Part shown: one piece after another, positions 58,409-64,000 of the stretch
How positions within the stretch are numbered: the stretch's first letter is position 1
How the letters are laid out: the number at the start of each line of letters is the position of its first letter
NCBI GenBank assembly: GCA_964612075.1
Contig: CAZTFC010000007.1
Coordinates: 4,249 to 68,248, forward strand
Direction of reading: 5' to 3'
DNA length: 64,000 nt
From: an uncultured bacterium
GTDB lineage: Bacteria > Desulfobacterota > Deferrimicrobia > Deferrimicrobiales > Deferrimicrobiaceae
Notes under the pieces: generated by a model
What the model was told of the DNA's origin: nothing
The model's input: only the letters and a program-made list of their open reading frames with translations
The model's database searches: none
Position numbers and translations under genes: made by a program

Positions 58409-58623
58409 GGCTTCTCCCCTGTCCCGGGTGATGTGATACGGGTCATCGATGGAAATATCCCACGGTAGTAAACCGCATGCCGGGGATTTTGCCAAGTATC
58501 GAAACGGCTCCGGGAGAAAATGCGCGCGGTCGGGCCGCGGAGGGGGAATCGGGAATACAATTTAATTATGAGCGGCAAGAGCCTACCAAACCAACGTTTC
58601 CGGTCGATCGGAGGATCGTCGCA

Positions 58624-59508
58624 ATGACAATACAGGGCAGCAAGAAAATCCTCGTGGCGGGGGTCGAGGGACGCGCGGGATGGTTCATCGTCCCCGAGCT
58701 CCTTTCGGAGGGGCACGAAGTAAGGATTATTGCGGAAGCTACCGATAACATGAATGAATTCACGGCGCCGCACGTCGATATCGTAAAAGGGTCCATCGGG
58801 AACGCGGAGGAACTGCGCAAGGCCCTCGACGGCATGGACGGGGTCTGCCTGATGATGATGCCGCACGAGAAGGATGCGGCGCTGGAGGCCCTTCACGGGA
58901 AAACGGTGATCGATGCCTGCAGGGAAATGGGGATGCGTCATTTCGTATACGTTTCGATCTGCTGCGCCGACAGGAGCACGAGGGTGCCTCACCTCGAGGC
59001 GATGGGCATGGTCGAGGAGCACCTGAAGCGGTCCGGGCTCTCCTACACGATCCTGCGCCCGGCCTGGTACATGGAGAATTTCCTGTCGAAGAGGTACCTG
59101 TCTTCCATCGAGAAAGGCGTCCTGGCCATGCCGCTGCGGCCCGACCGGACGCTGGACCTTGTGTCGGCGTCCGACGTCGGGAGGGTCGTCGCGGAGTCGT
59201 TCACCGTTCCGGACAAGTTCAAGGAACGGGAGATCGACCTGGCGGGGGATCGCCTGACGATGGAGGAGATCGCGGAGGAAATCTCCCGCGTCATGCCGAA
59301 GGAGGTCGTCTACAAACAGGTTTCACCCGGAGACGAGGGCTGGGAAATGAGCCGCGACATGGAGGCCATGTTCCGGTGGATGGACGGGCACGGCTTCGGC
59401 GCCGACCTCGAACTGGCGGAGAACCTGCTCAAGCGATTCGAGATCGGCCTGGCCAACCTGCGGACGTTCCTGTACAACCACAGGGAAGATTTCCGCAAGG
59501 CGGCCTGA
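58624..59508 (+). CDS. NmrA-family NAD(P)-binding protein (atypical SDR)
   Basis: Rossmann N-terminus KILVAGVEGRAGW and the NmrA-like fold. Noticeably lower GC than the surrounding genes. Confidence 0.8.
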   Translation: MTIQGSKKILVAGVEGRAGWFIVPELLSEGHEVRIIAEATDNMNEFTAPHVDIVKGSIGNAEELRKALDGMDGVCLMMMPHEKDAALEALHGKTVIDACREMGMRHFVYVSICCADRSTRVPHLEAMGMVEEHLKRSGLSYTILRPAWYMENFLSKRYLSSIEKGVLAMPLRPDRTLDLVSASDVGRVVAESFTVPDKFKEREIDLAGDRLTMEEIAEEISRVMPKEVVYKQVSPGDEGWEMSRDMEAMFRWMDGHGFGADLELAENLLKRFEIGLANLRTFLYNHREDFRKAA

Positions 59509-59512
59509 AAAT

Positions 59513-59553
59513 CCCGGGACGGGGGGGACTTTCGTCCCCTCCGCCCGGTTTTC
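59513..59553. terminator. bidirectional intrinsic terminator between convergent genes
   Basis: Long GC hairpin CCGGGACGGGGGGGAC-TTTC-GTCCCCTCCGCCCGG, followed by TTTT on the plus strand and preceded by AAAAT (a T-tract for the minus strand). Confidence 0.6.
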
Positions 59554-59554
59554 C

Positions 59555-60745
59555 CTAGAAGATCTCCTTCCAGCAGCGATGGAACCGTTCCCACATCACC
59601 TTCGGGCTCCCGGTGTATCCGATGCTCAGCCGCAGCAGCCCGGGGGACAGGTGCATCTTCGCCTGCTCGCCGGGGGGGATCTCGCTGGACGTCGACACGG
59701 CGGGGCAGCTCATCAGGGTCCTCGAAAACCCCAGGGAAACGGCGTACAGCCCGAACTTCTCCCCCTGCAGCCGCGCCGCCAGGTCGAACGCCTTCTGCCG
59801 GGTGCCGCAGTCGACCGTGAGCATCCCCCCGTAGCCGTATTCCGGGTGCATCATCCGCTTCATCAGGTCGTGCTGCGGGTGGCTTTTGAGCCCCGGGTAG
59901 ATCACGGGGAGCCCGGCCTCCTCCATCCTCGCCGCGAGGTGGCCGGCGTCGCGGGAATGCGCCGCCATCCGGATCGGCAGGTGGTCGAGGCGCAGGTACA
60001 ACAGGTGGGCGATCTTCGGGTCCATCACCGGCCCGGTCAGCATGACGACGCCGCGGTTGATGTCGACGAGCTCCTCGATGAACTTCTCCCGCCCGACGAT
60101 CGCGCCCGCGATCAGGTCGCTCGACCCCGAGATGTACTTGGTGCAGGAGTAGACGACCACGTCCGCGCCGAATCGGGACGGGGTGACCAGCGCCGGGGTG
60201 AAGGTGTTGTCGACGACGAGCAGCGCTCCGCGCTCCTTCGCGAGCCTCCCCAGGCTTTTCAGGTCGCTGATCCCCAGGAGCGGGTTGCTCATCGTCTCGG
60301 TGAAGACGACCTTCGTGTCCGGCTCCACGGCCCGCTCGAAGGCGGAGACGTCGTCGGGATCGACGAAGGTCACGCGGATCCCGCGCCCGGGAAATATGTT
60401 CGCGAACAGGGCGTACGTGCCGCCGTAGATGGTGCGGGAGGAGACGACGTGCCCCCCGGAAGGAAGGATCTGCTGCAGGGCGCAGGCGATTGCCGCCATC
60501 CCGCTCGAAACGCCCAGCGCCGCCTCCATCCCCTCCATGGCGGCGAGCTTCTTCCCGAAGGCGGTCACGGTGGGGTTCGCGTGGCGGCTGTAGAGGTACC
60601 TGCCGGGCAGCGTCCCGTGGAAAACGCTTTCCATGTCGGCCGGGTCCAGGAAGGTACTGGTCGCCGCGACGTCGATGACGGGCACGACCCCGCCTTCCTC
60701 GCCGAAATGCTGCACGTCCCGTATGGCCTGCTCCACTTCTTCCAT
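59555..60745 (-). CDS. Cys/Met-metabolism PLP-dependent enzyme (cystathionine gamma-synthase / methionine gamma-lyase / O-acetylhomoserine sulfhydrylase family)
   Basis: PLP lysine motif YSCTKYISG, fold-type I transsulfuration family. Start at MEEVEQ with a GGGGAAGGAGGG ribosome-binding site. Confidence 0.85.
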   Translation of the reverse strand: MEEVEQAIRDVQHFGEEGGVVPVIDVAATSTFLDPADMESVFHGTLPGRYLYSRHANPTVTAFGKKLAAMEGMEAALGVSSGMAAIACALQQILPSGGHVVSSRTIYGGTYALFANIFPGRGIRVTFVDPDDVSAFERAVEPDTKVVFTETMSNPLLGISDLKSLGRLAKERGALLVVDNTFTPALVTPSRFGADVVVYSCTKYISGSSDLIAGAIVGREKFIEELVDINRGVVMLTGPVMDPKIAHLLYLRLDHLPIRMAAHSRDAGHLAARMEEAGLPVIYPGLKSHPQHDLMKRMMHPEYGYGGMLTVDCGTRQKAFDLAARLQGEKFGLYAVSLGFSRTLMSCPAVSTSSEIPPGEQAKMHLSPGLLRLSIGYTGSPKVMWERFHRCWKEIF

Positions 60746-60884
60746 GGCGCCCTCCTTCCCCTGATGATTACAGTTTACCCGCACCGCGGAAATTCCGATT
60801 CATCGTAAAACCGGCCCGGGATCCGCGAATCTAAACCGTGACGCGGGGACGTCACCCGGGGGATGATAGGCGGAGGAGGCGCGC

Positions 60885-61418
60885 ATGAAGCGGATCCTCG
60901 GATTGATCGGAATCGTGTTCCTGGTCCTGGCCGGCTGCGGCCGCGGGACGAAGCCGGACGGCCCTCCGGTGACGACGGTCCCGAAGGTCGACCTGGCGCG
61001 GTACATGGGGACGTGGCACGAGATCGCCAGGTACCCGAACCGGTTCCAGAAGGGGTGCGCCGGCTCGTGGGCGGAGTACCGTCTCTCGCCCGACGGGAAG
61101 AGCGTCGAGGTCGTCAACCGCTGCACGGCGGAAGGATCGGAGGGGGAGACGCGGTCGGCCCGCGGGAAGGCGAAGGTGGTCGACCCGGCGACGAACGCGA
61201 AGCTGAAAGTGACCTTCTTCTGGCCGTTCCACGGCGACTACTGGATCCTGGCGCTGGGGAGGGAATATGAATACGCCGCGGTGGGCACGCCCGACCGGAA
61301 ATACCTCTGGTTCCTCGCCCGGACGCCGGCTGTTTCGCCGGAGGTCTACGGGCTGCTCGTCGAAGAAGCGAAGCGGCAGGGGTTCGACCCCTCCCGGATC
61401 GTGAGGTCGTCGCCGTGA
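60885..61418 (+). CDS. blc: bacterial lipocalin Blc (outer-membrane lipoprotein)
   Basis: Lipobox LAGC and lipocalin SCR1 motif YMGTWHEIAR. 177 aa. Confidence 0.8.
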   Translation: MKRILGLIGIVFLVLAGCGRGTKPDGPPVTTVPKVDLARYMGTWHEIARYPNRFQKGCAGSWAEYRLSPDGKSVEVVNRCTAEGSEGETRSARGKAKVVDPATNAKLKVTFFWPFHGDYWILALGREYEYAAVGTPDRKYLWFLARTPAVSPEVYGLLVEEAKRQGFDPSRIVRSSP

Positions 61419-61873
61419 GCGAATCCTACCTGGGGCTGATGATCCTGCAGGAATCCAAGGTGGCCGAGCTGTACCAGGCGTTCGCCGACTGCGACCCGGC
61501 GCGCGGGGAGTACTGGTCGTCGATGGCGGAGGCCGAGCGGCGCCACGCCGCCATGCTTCGGGAACTGCAGTCGTTCCTTCCCTCCCGGCAGGCGCTGCTG
61601 CTCGAGGGCAGGGTGCGCGCCGAGGCGATCAAGGCGTTCCTGTCCTACGCCGACGGCGTCCTCGAGAAGGCGAGGAAGGAGGGGATCCCGCCCGTCAAGG
61701 CGCTGTCCATCGCGGCGGACATCGAGAAGTCGCTCCTGGAAAAGGGGATGCTCGATCGTTTCCGCGGCGCGTCGCCCGAGGTGAACCGGGTCCTCGCGAG
61801 GCTCAGGGAGGAGACCGCGGAACACGCCGCCATGGCGGAGGAGATGTGGCGGAAGCACCGCCTTTCCTCCTGA
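61415..61873 (+). CDS. ferritin-like / rubrerythrin-like four-helix-bundle protein (hypothetical)
   Basis: 152 aa helical protein with paired Glu/His-containing helices (EAERRHAAM, ETAEHAAMAEE). GTGA coupling to blc. Family assignment is tentative. Confidence 0.4.
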   Translation: MSESYLGLMILQESKVAELYQAFADCDPARGEYWSSMAEAERRHAAMLRELQSFLPSRQALLLEGRVRAEAIKAFLSYADGVLEKARKEGIPPVKALSIAADIEKSLLEKGMLDRFRGASPEVNRVLARLREETAEHAAMAEEMWRKHRLSS

Positions 61874-61885
61874 AGCGTCCCCCCG

Positions 61886-62752
61886 TCAGGGGGCGGACGC
61901 CCCCGGAATGTGCCGTCGCAGGAACTCGGGGACACGCTCCAGGGCGTCCCGGCGCGCCCAGGGGTCCTCTCCGACATGGGCCGATCCGCCGGGCGCCAGC
62001 GCCAATCCCGTGCGCAGGCGGACCCTGCTCCCGGGCGAGTCGAACCCGTGGAAGGCGCCGGGGTAGATTTCCACCTCCACGGTCTCCCCGCGCTTCCTCG
62101 CGTCCGCGATGACGGGGCCGCACTTCTCCGGCGGCGTCCAGTCGTCCTCCCCGGCCAGCAGCATCAGCAGGGGGCCGGAAGGGCGCGGCTCCCCCCTGCC
62201 CGCCAGCCGGCATCCCGGATAGAGGGCCACCCCCGCGTAAAACCCCCGCCCGGGGGCATCCCCGCTTCGTTCCATCGCCGCCAGGACGGTGATCCCTCCC
62301 ATCGACCAGCCCAGGACGGCGACCGCGTCCGGGCGCACGAACGGCAGCGACCGGAGGAAGGAGAGGGCCGCGTAGGCGTCGGCCCGCCGGTCGCCCCAGA
62401 CGGAAACCGGCCGGTCCTTCACCGTGCAGACCTCGCGCAGTCCCCTCGGCGTGAAGGAGTCGACGTGCAGGGTGACGAAGCCCGCGCGGCGCATCGCGTC
62501 GTCCCACTGGCGCTGGCGGGCGGTCAGCCGGCCCTCCTCCGTGTACATGCCCCCGCAGCCGTGCAGGAGGACCAGCGCGGGGAAAGGGCCGGCCCCTTCC
62601 GGCCTGGACAGGAGCCCGGACAGCGCGGGGCCGTCCGGACCCCGGCCCGGGAAGCGGACCGGCTCCAGCACCGTTTCCGCGGGCGCGGCCGCCGCAGCGA
62701 GAAGGAGCGCCAGGGCGGTCAGCCCGGGGACGAGGAGGCGTTTCCGGGGCAT
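61886..62752 (-). CDS. dienelactone hydrolase-family alpha/beta hydrolase, secreted
   Basis: Signal peptide and nucleophile elbow GWSMGG. Confidence 0.75.
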   Translation of the reverse strand: MPRKRLLVPGLTALALLLAAAAAPAETVLEPVRFPGRGPDGPALSGLLSRPEGAGPFPALVLLHGCGGMYTEEGRLTARQRQWDDAMRRAGFVTLHVDSFTPRGLREVCTVKDRPVSVWGDRRADAYAALSFLRSLPFVRPDAVAVLGWSMGGITVLAAMERSGDAPGRGFYAGVALYPGCRLAGRGEPRPSGPLLMLLAGEDDWTPPEKCGPVIADARKRGETVEVEIYPGAFHGFDSPGSRVRLRTGLALAPGGSAHVGEDPWARRDALERVPEFLRRHIPGASAP

Positions 62753-62759
62753 GGTCGCG

Positions 62760-64000
62760 CTACCCGTACGGGTAGTAGACGTAGAAGGAAAGCGAAAGGA
62801 GCGCGAGGACCCAGAGCCCCCCGGGCACCTCGCGCCACCGGCCGCAGAGGACCTTCAGCAGGGGATAGGAGATGATGCCCGCGGTCATCCCGACGCCGAT
62901 GTTGTAGGTGAAGCTGATGAGGGAGATCGTGAGGAAGCAGGGGATCAGCTCCGTGGGGTCCTCGAAGTCCAGGCGCTTGACCGGCGCGATCATGTAGCTG
63001 CCGATGACGACGAGGACCGCGCCGTACGCCTGCGGCGGGACCGCCGTGAAGAGGGGGGCGAAAAACAGCGACAGCAGGAACAGGGCGGCCGCGACGAGTG
63101 CCGTGAAGCCGGTCCGCCCCCCTTCCTCGATCCCCGCAGCCGATTCGATGAACGCGCCCGTCGTGGTCGTCCCCAGCAGCGGGGCGACGGTCGTCGCGAG
63201 CGCGTCCGCGAGCATCGGCTTCTCGATCCCGGGCAGGTTGCCCTCGCGGTCCAGCAGGTTCGCCCGCGCCGACAGCCCGATGAGGGTCCCCACCGTGTCC
63301 ACGAACGCCATGACGAAGACCGTGAGGACCACCGGGAAGAAGCCGGGCGAGAGCGCCGCCCGCAGGTCGACCTGCAGGAGGATGGGGGAGAGGCCGGGGG
63401 GAAGGCCGACCCAGCGTTCCGGGGCGGGCGACGCCCCGAGCAGGAACGACAGGAACGTGGTGGCCAGCATCCCGATGAGGATGGCGCCGGGGACCCGGCG
63501 GACGGACAGGAGCGCGATCGCGAAGAAGCAGAAGACGGCCAGCAGGGGAGCCGTCCCGGTAACGTTCCCCAGGGAGACGGGCGCCCCGGGCACCCCCAGC
63601 CGGACGATCCCCGTCTCGTTCAGCCCGATGAAGGTGAGGAACAGGCCGATCCCCACGGCGAAGCTGAACTTCAGGTTCAGCGGCAGCGCCTCGGCCAGCC
63701 AGCTCCGGACCTTCAGCGCCGTCAGGAACGTGAACAGCGCCCCCGCGATGAAGACGGCGCCCAGCGCGGCCTGCCAGGAGTACCCCATGACTTTCACCAC
63801 CGTGAAGGCGATGAAGGCGTTCTCCCCCATGTACGGGGCGACGGCGAAGGGGCGGTTCGCGTAGAGGGCCATCACCGCGGTGCCGAAGGCCGCCGCGAGG
63901 ATCGTGGCCGTCGTGGAGGGCCCCTTCGGGATGCCGGCCGCCTCGAGGATCGCGGGATTGACGACGATGATGTACGCCATCGTCAGGAACGTCGTGATCC
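62760..64000 (-). CDS. NCS2-family purine permease (AzgA-like adenine/guanine/hypoxanthine transporter), 5' end outside window
   Basis: Polytopic permease with AzgA-like motifs. The ORF is still open at the window edge, so the N-terminus is truncated. Confidence 0.8.
   Translation of the reverse strand, partial: ITTFLTMAYIIVVNPAILEAAGIPKGPSTTATILAAAFGTAVMALYANRPFAVAPYMGENAFIAFTVVKVMGYSWQAALGAVFIAGALFTFLTALKVRSWLAEALPLNLKFSFAVGIGLFLTFIGLNETGIVRLGVPGAPVSLGNVTGTAPLLAVFCFFAIALLSVRRVPGAILIGMLATTFLSFLLGASPAPERWVGLPPGLSPILLQVDLRAALSPGFFPVVLTVFVMAFVDTVGTLIGLSARANLLDREGNLPGIEKPMLADALATTVAPLLGTTTTGAFIESAAGIEEGGRTGFTALVAAALFLLSLFFAPLFTAVPPQAYGAVLVVIGSYMIAPVKRLDFEDPTELIPCFLTISLISFTYNIGVGMTAGIISYPLLKVLCGRWREVPGGLWVLALLSLSFYVYYPYG

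Noticed and set aside
60746-60884. Leader of the Cys/Met PLP-enzyme gene examined for an S-box/SAM riboswitch. A GTGACG-N6-CGTCAC palindrome lies here.
   Set aside because: No recognisable SAM-I/SAM-II conserved cores were found by eye. The palindrome is short and could be a simple operator, so it is not called.

Overview
This is a high-GC (about 70%) bacterial chromosomal window with Gram-negative features (outer-membrane beta-barrel, Blc lipocalin, FkpA-like PPIase) and almost entirely housekeeping content. No CRISPR array, transposase, integrase or phage gene is present.

Genes left to right:
- A tightly coupled DUF1385-prfA-prmC-murA-hisD-hisB-hisH-hisA-hisF-hisI-HIT block.
- The macromolecular-synthesis operon rpsU-yqeY-dnaG-rpoD.
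- A stand-alone tRNA(CAU) with its own promoter-like element and terminator.
- Nif3, zinc-ribbon and RNase H-like genes running directly into the RNase P RNA gene rnpB.
- A complete division/cell-wall cluster mraZ-rsmH-ftsL-ftsI-murE-murF-mraY-murD-ftsW-murG-murC-murB-ddl-ftsQ-ftsA-ftsZ, preceded by three GTGGG direct repeats consistent with an MraZ operator.
- A B12-binding-like radical SAM gene directly after ftsZ, then yjbQ (opposite strand).
- maf-yggS-proC-yggT-yggU.
- ilvE (minus), an FKBP-type isomerase, a DUF4126 protein and a CoA-transferase.
- A minus-strand five-gene set: hybrid PAS histidine kinase, LOG-family protein, YbbA/YbbP-like ABC transporter, AttH/CrtC-like lipocalin-domain protein.
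- A two-gene operon encoding a cytochrome-bd-like (CydA-like) membrane protein fused to a dihaem cytochrome c domain, plus a second polytopic membrane subunit.
- cupin (minus), an outer-membrane beta-barrel gene, carB (minus, no carA nearby), NmrA-like, a Cys/Met-metabolism PLP enzyme (minus), Blc lipocalin coupled to a ferritin-like protein, a dienelactone-hydrolase-like protein (minus) and a truncated NCS2 purine permease (minus, runs off the window end).

The candidate novel system is the cytochrome-bd-like/cytochrome-c fusion operon at 51422-54036, with a divergently encoded PAS sensor kinase. The many long antisense ORFs in the six-frame track are artefacts of high GC.

All calls rest on motif recognition in the translations and by-eye reading of the DNA. 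Coordinates of non-coding elements may be off by 1-3 nt.
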